Assembly (NCBI GenBank): GCA_965207735.1
Contig: OZ242296.1
Span: 4,928,001-4,992,000 of the forward strand
Reading direction: 5' to 3'
Length of the DNA stretch: 64,000 bases
Origin: Candidatus Versatilivorator sp.
GTDB lineage: Bacteria > Acidobacteriota > Terriglobia > Versatilivoradales > Versatilivoraceae
In this document: piece after piece, positions 37,431-45,875 of the stretch
Layout of the letters: every line of letters begins with the position of its first letter
Numbering within the stretch: position 1 is the first letter of the stretch
The notes under the pieces: model-generated
The model's database searches: none
Told to the model about the DNA's origin: nothing
What the model saw: the letters and a program-made list of their open reading frames with translations, nothing else
Made by a program: the position numbers and the translations under genes

Positions 37431-39554
37431 TCAATCTCCGGCCGGAAGCCTCACGGCTCGGATGCGATTGTTGCAGTGGTCGCTGATGAACAGCAGGTCG
37501 TCCCCCCGGAGACAGAGCCCACACGGCTCGTTGAGGCGTGACGCCGGCGCCGGTCCGCCGTCCCCGAAGTCGCCGCCCTCCCCACACCCGGCCACCGTCT
37601 CCAGCAGGCCATTTCGGGTGATACGCCGCACCCGGTGGTTTTGGCGGTCCGAAAAATAGAGAGTGCCGTCCCGGGCAATCGCCAATCCCCAAGGTGCATG
37701 GAAGCGGGCCTTCAAGGCCGGGGTGCCGTCCGGTGAGTATCCTGCCTCGCCGCTGCCGGCCACGGTGGCGATGCGGCCGTCGCGGTCTACCCTGCGGATG
37801 ACGTGGCAGGTCGAATCGGTGAAGTAGAGATTTCCCGAGGCGTCGAAGCGGATGGCCGAGGGCGAGCCGATCCGGGCCCGCCTGGCCGGGCCGCCGTCGC
37901 CGCTGTAGCCCGGAAGACCGCAACCGGCCAGGCTGTCGATGATGCCGGTGGATCGGTCGATCCTGCGGATTCGGCCCACGCCGCCATCCCCGACGTAGAT
38001 ATTGTCCTCGGAATCGTGGGCTACCGCCGTGGGAGCCACCAGGCAGGCGCAGTTGGCCGGGCCGCCGTCACCCTTGTCCCATTGAAAAGCGGCTCCCGCA
38101 ATGCCGCGCATGGTCCCGTCGAGCTCCACCCGGCGCACGTGACCGTGGCGGTGGTCCGCGATGACGATTCGACCCCTCGAATCGACCGACACGTCGTAGG
38201 GGTTGCCGAGGTAGGCGTCGGTGGCCGGGCCGCCGTCGCCCCCGTACGCCCGCGCCCCGTTGCCGGCCACGGTGCGGATGACTCCAGCTTCCGGATCGAT
38301 GGCCCGAATGCGCTGGCTCCAGACGTCGGCGAGGTAGAGGTGCCCGTCCGGCCCCAGAGACAAGCCGCCGGGACCGCAAAGAAAGGCTCGAGTCGCCGCC
38401 TCCCCGTCATGCACGCCGGTGCCGCCCAGGGCGGTGGTCACGATTCCGGTCCGCCCGTCGTAGCGCCTCAATCGCCCGGAACAATCCCCCCAGTGCACGG
38501 TACCGTCGGGATCGGCGAAAATGGCCGCTTCGCAGGAGTTGCACTCGGTCACCGAACCGTGCAGCCCTTCCTGTCCGAAGCCGGGGACACCCGTGCCCAC
38601 CAGGGTGTCGACGACGCCGGTGGCAGCCTCTACTTTCCGCACCCGAAACCCATATTTCTCCCCCACGTAGAGGTTGTCGTGGACATCCAGGCAGATGGCG
38701 TCCGGCATCAGCGTGCCGGCTTCCACGGCCGGCCCCCCGTCCCCGTTGGAGGCCCGTTGGCCGTTTCCCAGGACGGTGTCGATCACCCCGGTCCTCCGGC
38801 TGATTTTCCGGATGCGGTCGTTGGAGTTGTCGCAAACGTAGAGATCGCCCCTGGAGTCGAAGGCCAGGTGCTCGGGGTGGTAGAAGGCTGCCTCGTCGGC
38901 CGGCCCACCATCCCCGTGATAGCCCATGAAGCTGAGCCCCGGGCCGAAGAAGGGCCGGCTGCCGCCCCGCTCGGAAGGGTAGTGGCGGGCGCTGCGGCCG
39001 GCGTAGACCTGGATGGTTCCGCTTTGAGGATCGACGCGACGAATCGTGCAGGACCATTCGTCCGAGATGTAGACCCTGCCCCGCTCGTCCACCGCCAGGC
39101 CGCAGGGACAGTCGAACTCCGCCTCCAGCGCCGGCCCCCCGTCACCGCCCCGCCCCCGCCGACCGGAACCCGCGACCCGGCTGATGACTCCGGTCCCGGC
39201 GTCGATGCGGCGGATGGTCACGTTTCCCAGGTCGGTGAAATAGAGGTTCCCTTCCCGGTCCAGGCACAGGTCGTGAGGGTGGCGCACCCGTGCCTCCAGC
39301 GCCGGCCCCCCGTCGCCCCGGCTGCCGGCCACTCCGTCCCCGGCGTACCGGTGCAGAATGCCCTGGCGATCGATCCTCCAGAGGCGATGAGCCAAATAGT
39401 CCACCACGATCAACTGCCCGTCCCCACGGCGCACCACCCCCATGGGCCAGCCGGCGTCGGCGTCCCGGGCGGGAACACCCTCTTGGTAGCCGCTCCCCGC
39501 TACCGTGACGATCCGTCCCGGCGGCAGCATTCGAAGATCATTGAAAGGAATCAT
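37431..39554 (-). CDS. NHL-repeat (teneurin-like GDGGPA) beta-propeller protein, 707 aa
   Basis: About 12 repeats of I.TVAG.G...GDGGPA..A....P..L..D..G.LY..D....RIRR.D; no obvious signal peptide. Confidence 0.9.
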   Translation of the reverse strand: MIPFNDLRMLPPGRIVTVAGSGYQEGVPARDADAGWPMGVVRRGDGQLIVVDYLAHRLWRIDRQGILHRYAGDGVAGSRGDGGPALEARVRHPHDLCLDREGNLYFTDLGNVTIRRIDAGTGVISRVAGSGRRGRGGDGGPALEAEFDCPCGLAVDERGRVYISDEWSCTIRRVDPQSGTIQVYAGRSARHYPSERGGSRPFFGPGLSFMGYHGDGGPADEAAFYHPEHLAFDSRGDLYVCDNSNDRIRKISRRTGVIDTVLGNGQRASNGDGGPAVEAGTLMPDAICLDVHDNLYVGEKYGFRVRKVEAATGVVDTLVGTGVPGFGQEGLHGSVTECNSCEAAIFADPDGTVHWGDCSGRLRRYDGRTGIVTTALGGTGVHDGEAATRAFLCGPGGLSLGPDGHLYLADVWSQRIRAIDPEAGVIRTVAGNGARAYGGDGGPATDAYLGNPYDVSVDSRGRIVIADHRHGHVRRVELDGTMRGIAGAAFQWDKGDGGPANCACLVAPTAVAHDSEDNIYVGDGGVGRIRRIDRSTGIIDSLAGCGLPGYSGDGGPARRARIGSPSAIRFDASGNLYFTDSTCHVIRRVDRDGRIATVAGSGEAGYSPDGTPALKARFHAPWGLAIARDGTLYFSDRQNHRVRRITRNGLLETVAGCGEGGDFGDGGPAPASRLNEPCGLCLRGDDLLFISDHCNNRIRAVRLPAGD

Positions 39555-39569
39555 AAGCGCCTCCCGGCA

Positions 39570-40082
39570 CGTCCGGTCCCCGCCCTGGCAGGCGGATCAT
39601 ACGAGAGTCAAAAAAAGCATCTTCATGGCCTGTCGGGAACAAACGCCCTGTCGTACTTAACCGGTTTTCTACTAATTGAACATGGATGCACAGGATTAAC
39701 AGGATAAACAGCCAGCCGTTGTCGTTTTGGCAATGAAGACGAACCACCAATGAACACGAATGGGCACGAATGGGGGCTTCTGCAATATTGTGACGTAGGT
39801 GTCACGGCGTCAGGGGAGAATGCCCACCCGGGAGCGCGGGCGTCCCGATGGTGCGATGGAGGGCATCCGACGAGCGAATTCTCTGAAAGCCGACGGTCGC
39901 CTTCTGGAAAACTCCCGTTTGTCCGCGAGCCCAGCCCCCGCCCTGCCGGGCGGATCATACAAGAGTGAAACAATCAGAAATCGACAATCCCTTCGTGAAC
40001 TTGGTACCCCGTCGCGGTTAACCTCAGCGCCTTAGTGCCCCTTCGTCGTTCTTCGTGCCCCTTCGTGGATAAGTCTTTTTCC
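39570..40082. repeat. Cluster of modular dispersed repeats
   Basis: 39575-39710 matches the reverse complement of ~52940-53085; 39935-40082 matches the 1977-2360 units; contains AACACGAATGGGCACGAAT 9-bp-period arms. Confidence 0.8.
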
Positions 40083-40236
40083 TTACCCGCTGGTCTTCAA
40101 GCCGGGAACGGATCACATGCCCATGCATGGTAGAATGGATGGCCTGATTCCGTAAGACAAAACCACTGGCCGGGCCGGGGTTCCATTCCGGTTGCAACGC
40201 CGACACGGCCTTCCCCGGCGGCAAGTAGCGAAAACC

Positions 40237-41388
40237 ATGAAATATGACCTTCTGGTCTGCAATGGCAGGGCGGTGGATCCCTCCCAGGGGTTGGACGATC
40301 CCCGGGACATCGGTCTGCGTGGTGACAAGATCGTTGAGCTGGGACAGCATCTGGACCCGCGGGAAGCCCGCGATACCGTCGATGCCCGGGGGCTTCTGGT
40401 GACTCCCGGCCTCATCGACTGCCACGTGCACGTCTATCCCGGCGTCTCCCACTACGGGATCGACCCCGATCCCAACTGCCTGGAGCGGGGCGTGACCACG
40501 GCAGTGGATGCCGGATCGGCCGGTGCGGCCACCTGGGACGGTTTCCGCCGCTACGTTATCGAAGTCAGCGCCACCCGGCTCTTTGCCCTGCTCAACATCT
40601 CCTCGGTGGGCATGGTGACCGGCGTCGAGACCGATCCTGCGGTGGGCGAACTGGAGGACTTGCGCCATTGCAGCGTCAGCGCGGCGCTGGAAACCGTCGA
40701 AGCCAATCGGGACGTGATCCTGGGAATCAAGATACGTCTCAGCGCCAACCTGGCTGCCAACGGTCGCAACGAACTTCCCGCCTTGAAGCTGGCCCGCGAA
40801 GCAGCCGAAGCAGCCCGGCTGCCGATGATGATCCATACCCCCGGGTCTTCCCTGCCCCTGCCCCGGATTCTGGCCGAGATGCGGAGCGGAGACCTGATGA
40901 CTCACTGCTTTCACGGCCATGCGGCCGGCATCCTGGACGAGCGCGGGCGGGTCCTGTCCGCGGTGCGCGAGGCCGTCCGCCGGGGTGTGCGTCTGGATGT
41001 CGGCCACGGAAAGGGCAGCTTCCGCTACCCCGTCGCCGAGCAGGCCATGCGGCAGGGAATTCTCCCCGGCACCATCAGCAGCGACCTCCACAGCTACAAC
41101 CTTGAGGGACCGGTCTACGATCTGGCCACCACCGTCTCCAAGTTCCTGCTGCTGGGAGTCTCCCTGGACGAGGCTCTGAGGATGGTCACGGCGGCTCCGG
41201 CCGAGGTGGTGGGCATGCAAGGCCGCCTGGGAACCCTGAAAACCGGCGCCGAGGCCGACCTGGCTCTGTTCGAGTTGGCGGAGGGCAGGTTCGAGTTCAG
41301 CGACGTCGCCGGAGAGACCCGGACAGGCCGCTGGAAGCTGGTTCCGCGCGGCGTGATCCGTGCGGGACGGGTCGTCAAGCGGCCTTAG
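40237..41388 (+). CDS. Amidohydrolase/deacetylase-family metallohydrolase (dihydroorotase-like)
   Basis: PGLIDCHVH, GVTTAVDAGSAG, GIKIR, THCFHG, DVGHG and TISSDLH motifs. Confidence 0.9.
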   Translation: MKYDLLVCNGRAVDPSQGLDDPRDIGLRGDKIVELGQHLDPREARDTVDARGLLVTPGLIDCHVHVYPGVSHYGIDPDPNCLERGVTTAVDAGSAGAATWDGFRRYVIEVSATRLFALLNISSVGMVTGVETDPAVGELEDLRHCSVSAALETVEANRDVILGIKIRLSANLAANGRNELPALKLAREAAEAARLPMMIHTPGSSLPLPRILAEMRSGDLMTHCFHGHAAGILDERGRVLSAVREAVRRGVRLDVGHGKGSFRYPVAEQAMRQGILPGTISSDLHSYNLEGPVYDLATTVSKFLLLGVSLDEALRMVTAAPAEVVGMQGRLGTLKTGAEADLALFELAEGRFEFSDVAGETRTGRWKLVPRGVIRAGRVVKRP

Positions 41389-41780
41389 CTGCTATTGATC
41401 AGCGTCACCTGGTCGTTCAGGGTCCAGTAATCGTATAGGTATCCAAGCCCCAGAACCCCAGCGGTGAGCAGATAGAGGATGCCGCTGATCCATTTGCCCA
41501 GATACATGCGATGAACACCGAGGAGTCCCAGGAAGGTGAGGAGGATCCAGGCTACGGTGTAGTCGATCGGGCCGCGCTGAAACCGGAAATCGGCTTGGCG
41601 GCACATACCGGGAATCAGAAACAGATCGACGAGCCAGCCAATTCCAAGCAGTCCCAAGGTAAAGAAATAAACGGTTCCCGTGACGGGTTTGCCGAAGTAA
41701 AAGCGATGGGAACCCGTGAAGCCGAAAATCCAGAGCAGGTAGCCAATGAGGGTGGAGTGGGTGGTTTCAGCGGGTAGCAT
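41385..41780 (-). CDS. TM2-domain (NINE) membrane protein
   Basis: Two TM2 repeats: GFTGSHRFYFGK and GLLGVHRMYLGK. Confidence 0.9.
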   Translation of the reverse strand: MLPAETTHSTLIGYLLWIFGFTGSHRFYFGKPVTGTVYFFTLGLLGIGWLVDLFLIPGMCRQADFRFQRGPIDYTVAWILLTFLGLLGVHRMYLGKWISGILYLLTAGVLGLGYLYDYWTLNDQVTLINSS

Positions 41781-41834
41781 TGTTATTCGTACAAATCCAA
41801 CGCTGCAGGCAGGATCTCAGGAGGAATGGTCCTT

Positions 41835-42935
41835 CTATTCCTTCTCCTTCTCCTTCTCCTTTCCCGTCTCCTTTTCCCCCTCCTCCTTCTCCTTCGCGGC
41901 AGGCTTGACCGCGACGGTCTCTATTCTCTTGGTCCTGGCGTCGACTCGCCGCACCCTCTTGTTGCCGGTGTCGGCGATATAGAGGTTGCCGCGGCGATCC
42001 AGGGCCAAGTCGAAGGGATCGGCCAGGCTGGCTCTCCTGGCGGGGCCGCCATCGCCGCTGAAGCCCCTCTGGCCATTGCCCGCGACGGTGGTGATGACGC
42101 GGTTTCTGGCGCCGACCCGCCGGATGCGGTGGTTGCCGCGATCGGCAATATAGAGGTTGCCCGACCGGTCCAAGGCCACCGAGAAGGGATCGTACAGGCT
42201 GGCCCTTGCCGCCGCCGCCCCATCACCACCGAACCGGCCCTTGCCGTCGCCGGCATAGGTCGAAATCAGCCCGGTCCTGGCATCCACTCTGCAGATGCGA
42301 TGGTTGCCGGTATCGGCGATAAAGAGATTGCCGCGGCGATCCACCGCCACGTCGAAGGGCACTTCGAAAGCCGCTTCGGTGGCCGGGCCCCCGTCACCGC
42401 TGAAGCCCGTTCGGCCGCTGCCCGCCACCGTGGCGATCTGGCCGGTCTTGGCATCGACCCGGCGGACCCGGCGGCTGCTCTGCTCGACGAAATAAAGGTT
42501 GCCCTCTCGATCCAGAGCCACACCCACGGGGGTGGACAGGCTGGCTTCGGTGGCGGCCACATCATCATAGCGGTAGCCGAACTCCCGGTTGCCGGCCACG
42601 GTGGTCACCGCACCGCTCTGGCGGTCAATGCGGAAAATCCGGTGGGTGTTACGGTCCGTCAGGTAGAGGTTGTCGGCTCCATCCAGGGCAATGCCGACCG
42701 GTCGGCCCAGGTCCACCTTCCGCCCGGATCCCGGATCGACGATTCCCCTTTCCAATTGGACGGTCAGGACGCCGGTCGGATCCAATCCCAGGATCCGGTA
42801 CTTGACGTCGTCGCTGACGATCAGCGTTCCATCGGAACGAACGGCTACCGAGCGGGGGGTGAAGGTGGGGGTGTCTTCGGCTAGTATGCCGGAGGAGAGC
42901 AGAGCCCAGCTCAGCAGGAAAAGAAAAAAGCGCAT
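41835..42935 (-). CDS. Secreted NHL-repeat protein with a Lys/Glu-rich tail
   Basis: Signal peptide MRFFLFLLSWALLSSGILA; about 6 NHL repeats (GNLYIADTGNHRI); C-terminus KEKEEGEKETGKEKEKEKE. Confidence 0.9.
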   Translation of the reverse strand: MRFFLFLLSWALLSSGILAEDTPTFTPRSVAVRSDGTLIVSDDVKYRILGLDPTGVLTVQLERGIVDPGSGRKVDLGRPVGIALDGADNLYLTDRNTHRIFRIDRQSGAVTTVAGNREFGYRYDDVAATEASLSTPVGVALDREGNLYFVEQSSRRVRRVDAKTGQIATVAGSGRTGFSGDGGPATEAAFEVPFDVAVDRRGNLFIADTGNHRICRVDARTGLISTYAGDGKGRFGGDGAAAARASLYDPFSVALDRSGNLYIADRGNHRIRRVGARNRVITTVAGNGQRGFSGDGGPARRASLADPFDLALDRRGNLYIADTGNKRVRRVDARTKRIETVAVKPAAKEKEEGEKETGKEKEKEKE

Positions 42936-43180
42936 GATCGAACTCCCTCGTCGTTTCAGGTGGCCCTAATGTAACGCCGGAGCCATGAAAATGTAAAGGA
43001 AGGGATACAGCCCACATCCCTCACCGGGTCGAGTCGTATGGAATGCCGCCAACGAAGGAAGAATGACTCCGACAGGTCTGATTTAAGCCACCTGCGGAAT
43101 GCGTTGGCGAGTGTATACTGAACGGCGCAACAGGGAGTCGAAAAGTAGCGGAACGAGGGACATTCAGAGGAGGAAGCCTG

Positions 43181-44491
43181 ATGAAATGGATCGCCGGAAT
43201 AGTCATTGGAGGCGTCGCGGTCGGTTTGTGGCTGGGAGTGAAGGAAGCTCCGGCGGACAGCCAAGCCTATTGGTCCCAGTGGAGGGGGCCGGAGGCTACG
43301 GGAGTTTCCCCCGAAGGTAACCCACCCGTGGAATGGTCCGAGGACAGGAACATTCGCTGGAAAGTGGCCATCCCGGGCAAGGGCCACGCATCCCCGATCA
43401 TTTGGGATCAAACGGTGTTCGTGGCCACCGCTATTCCCACCGACAGCAAGAACCCGGTGGAGGGGGAAGGCCAGGTCAAGCCGGCCCAGGTCATGAAGTT
43501 CGACCTGCTGGCGCTGGACCGCAAGACGGGGAAAGTCCTCTGGCAGCGGACCACCCGGAAACAGGGCCCCCACGAAGGGACCCACGGCGCCAACACCTGG
43601 GCCTCCGCTTCGCCGGTCACCGACGGTGAGCACGTCTACGCCTACTTCGGTTCCTTCGGCCTCTTCTGTCTGGACATGAAGGGAAACCCTGTGTGGGAGA
43701 AAGACCTGGGGGACATGTCGGTTCGACTGAAGTTCGGGGAGGGCAGCTCGCCGCTGCTCTACGGAAACAAGATCGTCATCATCTGGGACCACCAGGGAGA
43801 CTCCTTCATCGTCGCCCTCGACAAGCGCACGGGAGACGAACTGTGGAGAGTCCCCCGGGATGAGGAGACCTCTTGGTCCAGCCCCATCGTGGTCGAGCAC
43901 GGCGGGCGGAAACAGGTGGTCACCAGCGCCACCAACCGGGTGCGCAGCTACGACCTGGAGAACGGAGACCTTCTCTGGGACGGCAGCGGCGTGACCTTGA
44001 ACGCCATCCCTTCACCCGTGGCCTCGGAGGGTATCGTCTTCGTCACCAGCGGATTTCGCGGAAACGTGCTGCAGGCCATTCGGATTGGAGCCGCTCAAGG
44101 AGACATTACCGACTCGGAGGCTATCGCCTGGGAGTTGGACCGCGACACCCCCTATGTTCCTTCGCCGCTGCTCTATGGGGACCTGCTCTACTTTGTCAAG
44201 GGCAACAATGGCATCCTCTCCTGCCTCAACGCCAAAACCGGGGAGGCTCATTACGGTCCCCTCAGGCTGGAGGGTATCGAGGGCGTCTACGCCTCTCCGG
44301 TGGGAGCCGGCAACCGCGTCTACCTGCCGTCTCAGAACGGAACCACCATAGTAATCCGGAAAGGCCCCGAATTCGAGGCGCTGGCCAGGAATACCCTGGA
44401 GGATGGATTCGACGCTTCGCCCGCCGTCGTCGACAAGGAGCTCTATCTGCGCGGACGAAAATTTCTCTACTGCATCGCCTCCGACTCCTGA
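43181..44491 (+). CDS. PQQ-binding-like (BamB-type) beta-propeller protein
   Basis: WSQWRGP, GHASPII, ALDKRTG.ELW, WSSPIV, YVPSPL and YASPV repeats; GAGGAGG RBS. Confidence 0.9.
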   Translation: MKWIAGIVIGGVAVGLWLGVKEAPADSQAYWSQWRGPEATGVSPEGNPPVEWSEDRNIRWKVAIPGKGHASPIIWDQTVFVATAIPTDSKNPVEGEGQVKPAQVMKFDLLALDRKTGKVLWQRTTRKQGPHEGTHGANTWASASPVTDGEHVYAYFGSFGLFCLDMKGNPVWEKDLGDMSVRLKFGEGSSPLLYGNKIVIIWDHQGDSFIVALDKRTGDELWRVPRDEETSWSSPIVVEHGGRKQVVTSATNRVRSYDLENGDLLWDGSGVTLNAIPSPVASEGIVFVTSGFRGNVLQAIRIGAAQGDITDSEAIAWELDRDTPYVPSPLLYGDLLYFVKGNNGILSCLNAKTGEAHYGPLRLEGIEGVYASPVGAGNRVYLPSQNGTTIVIRKGPEFEALARNTLEDGFDASPAVVDKELYLRGRKFLYCIASDS

Positions 44492-44493
44492 CG

Positions 44494-44994
44494 ATGAAGA
44501 GACTGGTTGTCATCCGTCATGCCAAGTCCAGTTGGAAAGACCCCGGGTTGAGGGATTTCGAACGTCCTCTGAACAAGCGTGGCGAGGCCGATGCCCCCGA
44601 GATGGGCCGGCGGTTGGCACTGCGTTCCCTGATTCCGGACCGCCTGCTCGCCAGCCCGGCCAAGCGGGCCATCCGGACAGCTGAGATCATTGCCGGCGCC
44701 ATAGGATTCCCTGCCGAGCGAATTTCCCGCGTGGACCGGCTCTATGGCGCCGGGGCCGCCGACCTGGTCGGCATCCTCCAGGGACTGGACGATGCCGAGG
44801 ATACGGTCTACCTTGTCGGGCACAACCCGGGGTTGACGGACCTGGTCAACTTCGTCGGCAGCGCATTCCTGGACAACCTTCCCACCTGCGGCGTGTTCTG
44901 CGCCGATTTCGGCATTTCTTCCTGGAAGGAGATCGGCCGGCACCGGGGAAAGTGCCTCTTCATGGACTTTCCCAAACACCCTCCGGCAGGATAG
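44494..44994 (+). CDS. sixA: SixA-like histidine phosphatase
   Basis: IRHAKSSW, DFERPLNKRG, SPAKRAIRTA and VGHNPG motifs. Confidence 0.85.
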   Translation: MKRLVVIRHAKSSWKDPGLRDFERPLNKRGEADAPEMGRRLALRSLIPDRLLASPAKRAIRTAEIIAGAIGFPAERISRVDRLYGAGAADLVGILQGLDDAEDTVYLVGHNPGLTDLVNFVGSAFLDNLPTCGVFCADFGISSWKEIGRHRGKCLFMDFPKHPPAG

Positions 44995-45022
44995 ACGGCC
45001 TGACGACCCGCCGTCCATCCTT

Positions 45023-45079
45023 CACCGCATCAGCCGTCTCCTGTCGGCTCGGCTGCGACTCCCTCTCAAGGGCGAGTGA
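45023..45079. repeat. REP-like palindromic dispersed repeat (second copy)
   Basis: Reverse complement resembles 37352-37407. Confidence 0.65.
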
Positions 45080-45111
45080 TAACTGAGTCTTGAAGGAGGG
45101 AAGGTGCTGGT

Positions 45112-45822
45112 TCAGGAGAGGGAACCGGCTGCCTGCTGCGCGGGACCTCGGAAGCGGTAGCCGACACCGGTGACGGTTTCGATATAGTCCCTGAAGTTCG
45201 GCCCCAGCTTTCTGCGAATCCTTCGAATGTGGACGTCCACCGTTCGGGCGTCCCCGTAATAGCTGTACCCCCAGACGGCGTTGAGGATCTTCTCGCGCGT
45301 CAGGGCCCTTCCGGCATTCAGGATCAAAGCCTTGAGCAGACCGAATTCTTTCAGGGTGAGTCGGCAGTTCTCGCCCTCAAAGCGAATCTCGTAGTTCTCG
45401 AAGTGCACCTCCAGACGACCGTCGTCGTAAGACTCTACCTGCTGGCCGTCGTTTTTTCTCAAGGTTGAGCGGACCCTGGCCACCAGCTCGCGAACCCCGA
45501 AAGGCTTGGTCATGTAGTCGTTGGCGCCCAATTCCAGGCCCAGGAACTTGTCCGACTCGGTGCTCCTGGCCGACAGGATCATGATGGGGATATGCCGGGT
45601 CTCGGGGTCCCTGCGAAGGATTCGGCAGACCTCGAACCCGCTCACACCCGGCAGCATGAGGTCCAGGATGATCAGGCTTGGCTTGAGCTTGAATGCCAGG
45701 CTGACACCTTCTTCCCCGGTATGGGCTTCGACCACCGAGAAGTTCTTCTCCTTTTCCAGGTTGTAGCGTACCGCTTCACAGATGTCCGTGTTGTCCTCGA
45801 TGGCGAGAATGCACTGTCGCAT
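45112..45822 (-). CDS. phoB: OmpR/PhoB-family response regulator (probable PhoB/PhoP)
   Basis: LDLMLPG, LELGANDYMTKPF and VWGYSYYGDARTVDVHIRRIRRKLG; phosphate-gene context. An alternative TTG start at 45873 lies 2 bp after the receptor stop. Confidence 0.85.
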   Translation of the reverse strand: MRQCILAIEDNTDICEAVRYNLEKEKNFSVVEAHTGEEGVSLAFKLKPSLIILDLMLPGVSGFEVCRILRRDPETRHIPIMILSARSTESDKFLGLELGANDYMTKPFGVRELVARVRSTLRKNDGQQVESYDDGRLEVHFENYEIRFEGENCRLTLKEFGLLKALILNAGRALTREKILNAVWGYSYYGDARTVDVHIRRIRRKLGPNFRDYIETVTGVGYRFRGPAQQAAGSLS

Positions 45823-45875
45823 GGCTTGGCTCGACTCGATTCCGACTTCCAAGGAGGGCCGCTCCGCAGCCAACC

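Noticed and set aside
39775-39890. Degenerate MITE with ends resembling the IS TIR
   Set aside because: The end similarity is too weak and there is no TSD; it is kept only as part of the repeat cluster.
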